64,000 nucleotides of DNA from Dehalococcoidia bacterium. GTDB lineage: Bacteria; Chloroflexota; Dehalococcoidia; Lucifugimonadales; Lucifugimonadaceae. Below, piece by piece: positions 29,754-37,885 of the stretch; the stretch's first letter is position 1; each line of letters begins with the position of its first letter. Where the stretch lies: contig JAAZYI010000024.1 in the NCBI GenBank assembly GCA_014239735.1, positions 58,670 through 122,669 on the forward strand. Reading direction: 5' to 3'. The translations under genes and the position numbers were made by a program. The notes beneath the pieces are model-generated. The model had not been told where the DNA came from. It saw only the letters and a program-made list of their open reading frames with translations, and did no database searches.

Positions 29754-30761
29754 ATGAAAAGATTTACAGTAATTGGTGAAAATATACATGCGACTAGAGT
29801 GCTGAGACTTAATGGAAAAAGAGTTGGGGATAATGATGAAGGAGTTCAATCAGTCAAGTACTATTCTGAAGGGGAGACAAAATTTATGACAATTCCTGAT
29901 GAAATGAAAAAAACTCAACCATATCAGCAAGGCCAAGCTAAACACTTTATGATTGCTGTATGGAAAGGCTTGTTTGGTGACTCTAGAGATCAAGAAGAGT
30001 CTGCTGATTACATTAAAAATGAAATAAAACGTCAAGAAGTGGCAGGCGCAAACTTCTTAGATCTAAATGTTGACGAGATGTCTCATAAGCTTGATATTCA
30101 GATTAAAGCAATGAAATGGTTGGTCTCAATTGTAGAGAAATTTTCTTCAGCTCCACCAAGTATAGATTCCTCTAATTCAGAAATAATTCAGGCAGGCTTA
30201 GCTCAATATACAGGAAAACAAGGTAGTCCAATGATAAATTCTATTGCACTAGAAAGAGTGGAAACTTTTGATTTAGTACAAGAATTTAATGCTAGTGCAA
30301 TCTTGACTGGTGCTAGCGAAGATGGGATGCCTAGTAATTCTGATGAAAGAGTCACCAATATAAATAAGATTGTGGAAATCTCAAAAAAACATAATATTAA
30401 TTTTTCAGATATACACCTCGATCCGCTTGTATTCCCTATTTCTGTAGCTCCAGAATATGGAGTTCATTTTTTTGATGCCGTAGAAAAGATCAGGGAATTA
30501 TTTGGTGATGAAATAAATATAAGCGGAGGGCTTAGTAATGTTTCTTTTGGTCTTCCTAGAAGAAAATTAGTAAATGATGTTTTTATATATATTTGCCTTC
30601 AGAGAGGCCTAGATAGTGGAATAATAGATCCCTTACAGTTAAAAATTGATGATATTTTGGCGCTCGATGAAAATTCTGAAGACTTCAAAATAGCAGAAAA
30701 TATGCTTATGGGAAGAGATGATTTTTGTATGAATTATATAAAATATTGCAGAGAAGGATAG
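29754..30761 (+). CDS. pterin-binding methyltransferase (methyl-THF:corrinoid methyltransferase; MetH pterin-domain / MeTr-like)
   Basis: 'IGENIH', 'LDLNVDE', 'SIDSSN', 'INSIA', 'GGLSNVSFGLPRR', matching the dihydropteroate-synthase-like pterin-binding fold of MetH/AcsE. Confidence 0.82.
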   Translation: MKRFTVIGENIHATRVLRLNGKRVGDNDEGVQSVKYYSEGETKFMTIPDEMKKTQPYQQGQAKHFMIAVWKGLFGDSRDQEESADYIKNEIKRQEVAGANFLDLNVDEMSHKLDIQIKAMKWLVSIVEKFSSAPPSIDSSNSEIIQAGLAQYTGKQGSPMINSIALERVETFDLVQEFNASAILTGASEDGMPSNSDERVTNINKIVEISKKHNINFSDIHLDPLVFPISVAPEYGVHFFDAVEKIRELFGDEINISGGLSNVSFGLPRRKLVNDVFIYICLQRGLDSGIIDPLQLKIDDILALDENSEDFKIAENMLMGRDDFCMNYIKYCREG

Positions 30762-30762
30762 A

Positions 30763-31104
30763 TTGATTAAAATCAGAATAATGTATTGGAAAGAGATACC
30801 TGTGCAAATTGAATTTTCTACTTCTTCAATAAAAAAGTCTGTTAAATTAGATGAAAGGTTTCAATTTGCAGTTGACTCTTTGTCAATGAAGGATGGTAGT
30901 TATGGATCTGATGATTATTTAGATGGGTGGCAATGGAAAGATAAAGAAGAGATTGAGGAAGAATTTACGGAAAAATTACTCAATGAATATTTAGATAGAT
31001 ATAAATATCCTCAAGATTTAATAAAAAAAACTACTGAACTGTTAAAATCTGGTAAAAGAGACGAGTCTCCAGGCGCAATAGATGACTGGATTATAGGTAA
31101 TTAA
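30763..31104 (+). CDS. small conserved protein of the type found beside split methionine-synthase genes ('virulence factor'-annotated family); TTG start
   Basis: N-terminus 'IRIMYWKEIPVQI' resembles the 'YWRDIPAQV' start I recall for that family. Tightly coupled: 1 nt after the upstream stop and 1 nt before the next start. Confidence 0.5.
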   Translation: MIKIRIMYWKEIPVQIEFSTSSIKKSVKLDERFQFAVDSLSMKDGSYGSDDYLDGWQWKDKEEIEEEFTEKLLNEYLDRYKYPQDLIKKTTELLKSGKRDESPGAIDDWIIGN

Positions 31105-31105
31105 C

Positions 31106-31987
31106 TTGAGTTTTATAGACAGAATAAATTCTCCAGGTACTTTGCTCTCAGATGGAGCAACAGGTACTTTTTTACAAACAAGAGGGCTTGAGCCAGGTGG
31201 TTGTCCAGAATTAATGAATGTAGAAAAAGAAGATGCCGTTATTGAAATGGCTCAGGGTTATTTCGATTCTGGATCAGATTTCGTATTAACAAATACTTTT
31301 GGGGGAAGTCCGTTCATGTTAAAGAAATACGGTTACGAGAAAAAAACCCATGAATTTAATAAAGCTGGAGCTGAATTAGCAAAGTCAGTGTGCCCTAAAG
31401 ACAAATTTGTATTCGGCTCTATAGGGCCTACTGGAGAATTTATAAAACCTTTAGGTAATGTATCTGAAGATGAAATGTCAGATGGTTTTAAAAGACAGAT
31501 TAATGGTCTTTTAGAAGGAGGAGTTGATGGAATAATTTTTGAAACACAAATGGCGATAGAAGAGTTAGTCTTAGGTATAAAAACAACTAAATCGATAACA
31601 AATTTGCCGATTATAGGCAGTATGGTTTTTGACAAAGGCCCAAGAGGTTTTTTTACAATGATGGGGGTAACTCCAGAGCAGGCATCAGCTGAAATTTATA
31701 ATGCTGGAGCTGATATAGTGGCTACAAATTGTGGTAATGGATCAGAAATTATGTCAGAACTTTCTAAGGAGTTAATTAGTCATAGCAAGCTGCCTGTTAT
31801 GATTCAGTCAAATGCTGGCATTCCTAAAATAGTTAAAGGAAAGGTAATTTATGATGAAAAACCTGATTTTATGACTAAAAATTATAAAAAAATTATAGAT
31901 TACGGGGCAAGCATTATTGGTGGATGTTGTGGAACTACATTTGAACATATAAAAAGATTTAGAAAATTTTTAAATGAAAATGATTGA
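31106..31987 (+). CDS. homocysteine S-methyltransferase domain protein (MetH Hcy-binding module or MmuM/BHMT-like); TTG start
   Basis: 'LLSDGATGT', 'TNTFG', Zn ligands 'ATNCG' and 'GGCCGTT'. Confidence 0.85.
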   Translation: MSFIDRINSPGTLLSDGATGTFLQTRGLEPGGCPELMNVEKEDAVIEMAQGYFDSGSDFVLTNTFGGSPFMLKKYGYEKKTHEFNKAGAELAKSVCPKDKFVFGSIGPTGEFIKPLGNVSEDEMSDGFKRQINGLLEGGVDGIIFETQMAIEELVLGIKTTKSITNLPIIGSMVFDKGPRGFFTMMGVTPEQASAEIYNAGADIVATNCGNGSEIMSELSKELISHSKLPVMIQSNAGIPKIVKGKVIYDEKPDFMTKNYKKIIDYGASIIGGCCGTTFEHIKRFRKFLNEND

Positions 31988-32009
31988 ATATTTTATTATA
32001 ATTTAAATT

Positions 32010-32672
32010 ATGAATATTAGACCTATAGAAGTAATTGAAAAGTATGGAAGGTGCATAGAGTTAATTTCTATGGATCCTTTTTTTAATGAAATAACTATCG
32101 GCTTATTTTTTAAAGAACCTAACATAACAGTATTTTCTTATAGTAAGCTTGATGGCGTTTCAGGAAGGTTAAATCAAATTAGAGATCGGATTGTTGATGT
32201 ATCTGGGGCTCTTCCTAATGAAGCCAACCCACATCAGGCAACATTTAAATGTGGTATGGAAGGAGGCTGCTGCTCTGCCCCACTTAGGTTTGCTTTAAAG
32301 GAAGCGGTAACTAAAGATAGAGAATTAGATCTTTCTCAAGGCATTATCTGTAAGGACTTAAGATCAAACATGATGATAAAAGTTAATTATGAAGAAAATT
32401 CAAATGGAAAAATCTATACTGTTTCAGGTGATGATAATGCCGAAAAACCAATTATAAGATATAGGGCAATTACTAATGGGCTTATTAAGTACGGAGGGTT
32501 TGAAAGAATTGATAATTTTTCATTCAGATTAAGTTGCAATGAAAGAAATGATAAAATTGTAAACCTTCTCCTTCCTTTAGCAAGAAATATCAGTGCGACA
32601 GAAGAATCATTAGCATCAGAAGATGCTGCCGGGCAAATGACAACACAATCTCTAGGTTTTTCAGCAAATTAA
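32010..32672 (+). CDS. hypothetical protein, 220 aa, no recognised family
   Basis: Uninterrupted ORF inside the co-directional corrinoid cluster. Stop lies 1 nt before the next start. Contains 'CGMEGGCCSAP' (Cys81, 87, 88). No TM segments. Confidence 0.6.
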   Translation: MNIRPIEVIEKYGRCIELISMDPFFNEITIGLFFKEPNITVFSYSKLDGVSGRLNQIRDRIVDVSGALPNEANPHQATFKCGMEGGCCSAPLRFALKEAVTKDRELDLSQGIICKDLRSNMMIKVNYEENSNGKIYTVSGDDNAEKPIIRYRAITNGLIKYGGFERIDNFSFRLSCNERNDKIVNLLLPLARNISATEESLASEDAAGQMTTQSLGFSAN

Positions 32673-32673
32673 A

Positions 32674-33717
32674 ATGATAGATATTAACTTGAAATTAACA
32701 AAAAAACAGCGAGTTCTTAATGCGCTAGCTGGCGAAGACGTAGATAAGCCACCGGTATCAAATCCTACAAATGTTGCGACAGTAGAACTAATGGATTATG
32801 TTGACGCTCCATTTCCAGATGCGTGCAGAAATCCTGAACTTAATGCTAAATTAGCCTTGACAGGTCACACTGAACTTGGATTTGATTCTATTGCTCCTTA
32901 TTTTTCTATTATTCAAGAATCTTCGGCTCTAGGTTGTGAAATGCAATGGGAACAGAAAGATAATTGGCCAACTGTAAGAATGGGAAACCCAATTTGGAAA
33001 TCTATTTCTGATATTAAAATTCCATCTGGATTTCTTGAGCACCAAGATAATGTTGCAATTACTAGATCTATTAATATTTTAAAAGAAGAAGTAAAAGGCG
33101 AGGTTGCAATATTAGGCAAAACCATGGGGCCATGGACTTTAGCATATCATGTTTTTGGGGTTGAGCCGTTTCTTTTATTGTCAATTGATGACCCAGAAGA
33201 AACAAAAAAAATACTAAGAAAATTAAAAGAAATTACTATTCTTTTTGGTCAAGCTCAAATCGATTCAGGAGCAGATGTTTTAGTAATCCCAGATCATGCA
33301 ACTGGAGATCTTGTGAGTGGTAAATATTATGACGATTTTTTATTAGAAATTCATCAGGAATTAGTTGAGGATTTAAAAGTTCCACTGATCCTGCATATTT
33401 GCGGTAGAACTGTAGATAGAATGCCTTCTATAGCAAAAACTGGTATGGCAGCTTTTCATTTTGACTCAAAGAATCTGCCATCTGAAGCTATGGAAGCTGT
33501 TGGAGAAGGTATTAGGCTTGTTGGCAACATCAATAATCCTGAAACTCTTTACTCTAAAACCCCTGAAGATGTCAGACAGGAAGTTTATAGGGCACTTGAT
33601 TCAGGTGTCCAGCTTATTGCTCCTGAGTGTGCTATTCCTCTTAAAACAAAAATAGAAAATCTGCTTGCAATACCAGATGCTGTAAATCAGTGGGTTTCTA
33701 ATAAATTTCAATCTTAG
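32674..33717 (+). CDS. uroporphyrinogen-decarboxylase-family methyltransferase (MtaA/MtbA/MtsA-like methylcobamide:thiol methyltransferase)
   Basis: N-terminus 'KKQRVLNALAGEDVDKPPV' typical of MtaA-like proteins. Zn motif 'LILHICGRT' (H-x-C) plus the distal 'APECAIP' Cys. 347 aa. Confidence 0.8.
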   Translation: MIDINLKLTKKQRVLNALAGEDVDKPPVSNPTNVATVELMDYVDAPFPDACRNPELNAKLALTGHTELGFDSIAPYFSIIQESSALGCEMQWEQKDNWPTVRMGNPIWKSISDIKIPSGFLEHQDNVAITRSINILKEEVKGEVAILGKTMGPWTLAYHVFGVEPFLLLSIDDPEETKKILRKLKEITILFGQAQIDSGADVLVIPDHATGDLVSGKYYDDFLLEIHQELVEDLKVPLILHICGRTVDRMPSIAKTGMAAFHFDSKNLPSEAMEAVGEGIRLVGNINNPETLYSKTPEDVRQEVYRALDSGVQLIAPECAIPLKTKIENLLAIPDAVNQWVSNKFQS

Positions 33718-33759
33718 TCAATATATGATATAAATTCGCTTTAGTAACATTCTATAATT

Positions 33760-34497
33760 ATGATAAAACACGAAGGACTTAAAGAAGAATTTAATTATGT
33801 GACTAAACCCGATGAGCAAGAACATATTGAGGGGTTATTTGCGAGCGGCGATATGCTGATGCAAGAAATTGCTTACAACCTTATCACAGGTCAGAATGAT
33901 CAAGTTGGAATTTTAGTAAAAAAAGCACTAGATGAAGATTACGCAGCAAATATTGTCCTTGATGATGGCTTGATAGCAGGAATGGCTATTGTAGGTGTTA
34001 AATTTAGAGATAATATTATTTTTGTTCCTGAAGTATTAATTTCTGCTAGAGCTATGAAGGCAGGAATGGAGCATATAGAACCTATTTTATCTGCCTCAGG
34101 GATTGAGCCTGTTGGCACTGTGATTATGGGAACCGTCAAGGGCGACCTTCATGATATAGGAAAAAATCTTTGCATAATGATGCTAAGGGGCGGCGGTTTT
34201 TCAGTTCATGATTTAGGAGTAGATACTAAACCTGATGACTTTATCGATGCTGTAATGGAACATGGTGCCGCAATTGTTGGGATGTCAGCTCTTTTGACTA
34301 CCACAATGCCAAATATGGGAACAACAATTGAAGCTTTTGAGGATGCAGGTATGCGAGAAGAAGTAAAAATAATGGTTGGAGGAGCTCCTGTAACACAAGA
34401 ATTTGCTGATGAAATGGGTGCAGATGCATATGGCGCAAATGCTATAGATTGTGTTCAAAAAGCTAAAGATTTTTCAACTACTAAAAATGGCACCTAA
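33760..34497 (+). CDS. corrinoid (cobalamin-binding) protein, cap plus Rossmann B12-binding domains
   Basis: 'GDLHDIGKN' (D-x-H-x-x-G), 'MSALLTTT' (S-x-L), 'MVGGAPV' (G-G). N-terminal helical cap. Confidence 0.9.
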   Translation: MIKHEGLKEEFNYVTKPDEQEHIEGLFASGDMLMQEIAYNLITGQNDQVGILVKKALDEDYAANIVLDDGLIAGMAIVGVKFRDNIIFVPEVLISARAMKAGMEHIEPILSASGIEPVGTVIMGTVKGDLHDIGKNLCIMMLRGGGFSVHDLGVDTKPDDFIDAVMEHGAAIVGMSALLTTTMPNMGTTIEAFEDAGMREEVKIMVGGAPVTQEFADEMGADAYGANAIDCVQKAKDFSTTKNGT

Positions 34498-34756
34498 AAA
34501 AAAATTAACGGATAAAAAACGTGCAAAAGAAAGCCTAGAGACTCTATTTGATATTTTTAAGGAAATTTCAAATCATGCAGACGAATTAACAAAAAAAAGA
34601 TGCCCTTATAAAAATGCTAAATCAAGATGTACCGCTAAGTTTGAGTGTAAGAACCAACACTATATAAAAAAATTTGGAGAAGGGCCTGTGTGTACTGGAT
34701 CAGATCTTCTTGATTATAGACCTGCGTGGAGAACAGATAAAAAAATTAGCTCCTGA
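34487..34756 (+). CDS. small basic Cys-rich protein (about 89 aa from the ATG at 34487; the ORF track starts it at an upstream GTG, 34451)
   Basis: The ATG overlaps the last codons of the corrinoid-protein gene. Four Cys in 'RCPYKNAKSRCTAKFECKN...GPVCTG'. Confidence 0.5.
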   Translation: MAPKKKLTDKKRAKESLETLFDIFKEISNHADELTKKRCPYKNAKSRCTAKFECKNQHYIKKFGEGPVCTGSDLLDYRPAWRTDKKISS

Positions 34757-34770
34757 TAGAATATATCATT

Positions 34771-36393
34771 ATGGGTGATATTAAATCTGATAGTAATAGA
34801 ACGCCTTCTTTAATAGGCAAAACACTTTTTGACTTTGCAGACACATTAAGTATTAGAGTTCCTACAAGTTGCGGAAGGACTGGAGAGTGTCATGAGTGCA
34901 TTATTCAAGTTACTGAAGGATTAGAAAACTTGTCAGAAAAAAAAGAGCTTGAGAGTTTTCTGGGTCCGGAATTTAGATTAGCCTGCCAAGCCATTATAAA
35001 TAATGATAGTAATAATGTTAGTTTTAATGTTTTAAGAAGGCAGCCTAAAATACTAGACAAAGGAAATAAAACTGACTTTTCATTAAATCCATCTGTTATT
35101 TTAAATGAAAGTAAAGTTATTTATAAATATGATAATCGTGTTTTAAATGAGAAAATTACTCCAATTTATGGCGTTGCTGTTGATTTAGGAACCACTACAG
35201 TAGTGTGCAGTATTATAGATTTAATTAGTGGTAAAAAAATTGGAACTTCTTCATTTGAAAACCCTCAAAGATTTGGAGGTAGCGACACATTAAATAGAAT
35301 TTCATATGAAACAACTAAATTCCCCGGAGAGTTAAAATCAGTGATTATTTCTGGAATAAATTTTGAAATTGGTGAATTGTGCAAAAAAAATAAAATTAGA
35401 AGGTCTCATATTTATGAAATGGTAATAGTCGGTAATACTACTATGCGAGATATTTTTTTTGGGATAGATGTTTCTTCAGTTGGCCAAAAACCTTATAAAT
35501 CAATAACTCAACTCGAACTTGAAAATGGAAAAAGAGATTCAACAGCACTTTTATTTAATTCTTCAGAACTTGGGATAAGGATTAACAAAAAAGGCTTAAT
35601 TGTTAGCCCACCATTAATTTCATCTCATATAGGTTCTGATATTACTGCTGATTTAGTTTCTATATCTGCTGATACTCATGAAGAAAATTTTATTTTATTA
35701 GACGTTGGGACAAATACTGAAATTGTTATAGGAAATAAAGATAATTTAGTAGCCGCTTCTTGCCCTGCAGGACCAGCATTTGAAGGTGGGGAGGTAAGGT
35801 ATGCTATGCCAGGCTATGATGGTGCTATTGAGAAATTTGAAATAAATAATGGAATAGAAACCTTTTCTACAATTAATAATAATCCTCCGCAAGGTATCTG
35901 TGGGTCTGGATTAATAGATTTGCTTGCTGCCCTCAAATCAAATTCAATAATTAATGAATTAGGCGTTTTATCAAATGGAAGCGACCATTATGAAATTAAT
36001 AATAGTAACGGAATAAATATTTCTAGATCTGATATGAGTGCATTAGCTCAAGCAAAAGCAGCAAATTATTGTGGCCAGTCAATAGCTTTAAAGAATTCAT
36101 CAATAGATATAAATAATTTTGATAAACTTTATTTAAGTGGTGGATTTGCAAATTATATTAATGTAGATAATGCAATTAAAATTGGATTTATAATAGATAC
36201 TCCAAATGCTGAAATAATAAAAATTGGCAACTCAGCACTTCAAGGGGCAATTATGTTATTACTTGATGTTAATTTAAGAAGTAAATTTGATAATCTTGTT
36301 AAATCTATTAAGCACATAGAATTGGAAACTGATGAGAGTTTTTTTGAACATTTTGTTGAAGGTTGTCAATTTAAAGAATTATCTATTATGTAA
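34771..36393 (+). CDS. corrinoid reductive activase (RACo/RamA-like: N-terminal [2Fe-2S] ferredoxin plus ASKHA ATPase, DUF4445-type)
   Basis: 'SCGRTGECHEC...LACQA' plant-type 2Fe-2S pattern. ASKHA phosphate motifs 'AVDLGTTTV' and 'LLDVGTNTE'. Also 'ICGSGLIDL'. Confidence 0.85.
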   Translation: MGDIKSDSNRTPSLIGKTLFDFADTLSIRVPTSCGRTGECHECIIQVTEGLENLSEKKELESFLGPEFRLACQAIINNDSNNVSFNVLRRQPKILDKGNKTDFSLNPSVILNESKVIYKYDNRVLNEKITPIYGVAVDLGTTTVVCSIIDLISGKKIGTSSFENPQRFGGSDTLNRISYETTKFPGELKSVIISGINFEIGELCKKNKIRRSHIYEMVIVGNTTMRDIFFGIDVSSVGQKPYKSITQLELENGKRDSTALLFNSSELGIRINKKGLIVSPPLISSHIGSDITADLVSISADTHEENFILLDVGTNTEIVIGNKDNLVAASCPAGPAFEGGEVRYAMPGYDGAIEKFEINNGIETFSTINNNPPQGICGSGLIDLLAALKSNSIINELGVLSNGSDHYEINNSNGINISRSDMSALAQAKAANYCGQSIALKNSSIDINNFDKLYLSGGFANYINVDNAIKIGFIIDTPNAEIIKIGNSALQGAIMLLLDVNLRSKFDNLVKSIKHIELETDESFFEHFVEGCQFKELSIM

Positions 36394-36401
36394 GGAAAAA
36401 T

Positions 36402-37376
36402 ATGAAGATTGTAATTTCAGATTATGCTTGGCCTAACATAGATATTGAAAAAGAATATTTTATGAGTAAGTCAGTAGATATAAATATTGCCACTGGAAAA
36501 GATGACTTACTAAATAAAATCGAAGATGCAGATGGACTACTTTTTTGTTTTGAGGATATTAATGAAGATGTTTTAAGATCCGGCAAAAAACTTAAAGCTG
36601 CGCAAAGATATGGTATAGGAGTAGACAATATTAACATTAAGGTAGCTACAGAGTTGGGTATAGTAGTTTCAAATATTCCAGATTACTGTATCAATGAAGT
36701 TTCAGATCATGCGCTATCTATGATACTCGCTATAAACAGAATGATTATACCTGATAGCAAAATGGTAAAACTGGGCAAATGGAATGATGTTAAAAAAGGC
36801 AGTAGAGTGTACAGACTTAAAGATGCAACATTAGGAATTATAGGTTTTGGTCGCATTGGTAGACGCCTTGCATTTAAGGCAAAAGCATTAGGATTAAATG
36901 TTATTGCATATGACCCATATATTAATGAAAAGATTTATGATGACGTAAACATTTTATCTTTTGATGAAGTCATTTCAAATAGTGACATATTATCGCTTCA
37001 CGTACCTCTTACGGAGGAAACTAATCATTTGATTAGTAATAAAGAGCTTGAAAAAATGAAAAAAGATGCAATTTTAATTAATGTTTCGAGAGGTGGCTTG
37101 ATTGATGAAGCAGCCCTTTCAAAATATTTAGATAATGGAAAAATTAGAGGCGTGGGTTTAGATGTCATGGAAGATGATAATCCATCTCCTTCTAATCCTT
37201 TATTTAAATATGAAAATGTAATTGTTACACCTCACACTGCATTTTTCTCTCAAGAATCTAGCCAGGAGCTACAAATCAGATCTTGTAAGCAGTTATATGA
37301 TGTATTAAATGGGAAAATACCAGAGTTTTTAATTAATCCTGATGTACTAGATCATTCAGACGTTAATCTTATTTGA
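36402..37376 (+). CDS. D-isomer-specific 2-hydroxyacid dehydrogenase
   Basis: 'LGIIGFGRIGRRLA' NAD site, 'INVSRGGLIDE', 'GLDV', 'TPHTAF'. Confidence 0.85.
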   Translation: MKIVISDYAWPNIDIEKEYFMSKSVDINIATGKDDLLNKIEDADGLLFCFEDINEDVLRSGKKLKAAQRYGIGVDNINIKVATELGIVVSNIPDYCINEVSDHALSMILAINRMIIPDSKMVKLGKWNDVKKGSRVYRLKDATLGIIGFGRIGRRLAFKAKALGLNVIAYDPYINEKIYDDVNILSFDEVISNSDILSLHVPLTEETNHLISNKELEKMKKDAILINVSRGGLIDEAALSKYLDNGKIRGVGLDVMEDDNPSPSNPLFKYENVIVTPHTAFFSQESSQELQIRSCKQLYDVLNGKIPEFLINPDVLDHSDVNLI

Positions 37377-37885
37377 TGAATATTAAAAATTTTATCAGAG
37401 AAATTGATGACTACCCAGAAAAAGGAGTCTCATTCAAAGACATCACCACTTTAATTTTTGATGTTAAAGCATTCAAGTTTACTCTTGACGTCATGACTGG
37501 ATTTATTTCAAGCGATATTGATTATATTGCATCAATTGATTCAAGAGGATTTATATTTGGATCGGCAATATCTGACAGATTAGATATCCCTAACATTTTA
37601 TTAAGGAAAAAAGGTAAGCTGCCACCACCAGTAATCTCTAAAGAATATAAACTTGAATATGGCCAAGATACTATAGAAGTAGGAAAAATTACTGTTCCCG
37701 AAAATAAAAAAATAATGATTATAGATGATCTAATTGCATCTGGAGGAACAGCGAAAGCTTCGCTGGATTTATTAGAAATGTGTGGCAATTCAGTTTTAGG
37801 AATAATAGTTGCAGTAAAATTACAATATTTAAATCCTAGAAAATTATTTACTAAACCTATTTATTCAGTATGCGAATATAATTAA
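37373..37885 (+). CDS. apt: adenine phosphoribosyltransferase
   Basis: 'DYPEKGVSFKDIT', 'SRGFIFG', PRPP motif 'IMIIDDLIASGGTA'. Confidence 0.9.
   Translation: MMNIKNFIREIDDYPEKGVSFKDITTLIFDVKAFKFTLDVMTGFISSDIDYIASIDSRGFIFGSAISDRLDIPNILLRKKGKLPPPVISKEYKLEYGQDTIEVGKITVPENKKIMIIDDLIASGGTAKASLDLLEMCGNSVLGIIVAVKLQYLNPRKLFTKPIYSVCEYN

Noticed and set aside
33718-33759. TATAAT hexamer immediately before the corrinoid-protein ATG, considered as a leaderless-mRNA promoter
   Set aside because: Only 1 nt separates the hexamer from the ATG, which is too close for a -10 element driving a leaderless transcript. TATAAT-like strings are also frequent by chance in DNA this AT-rich.
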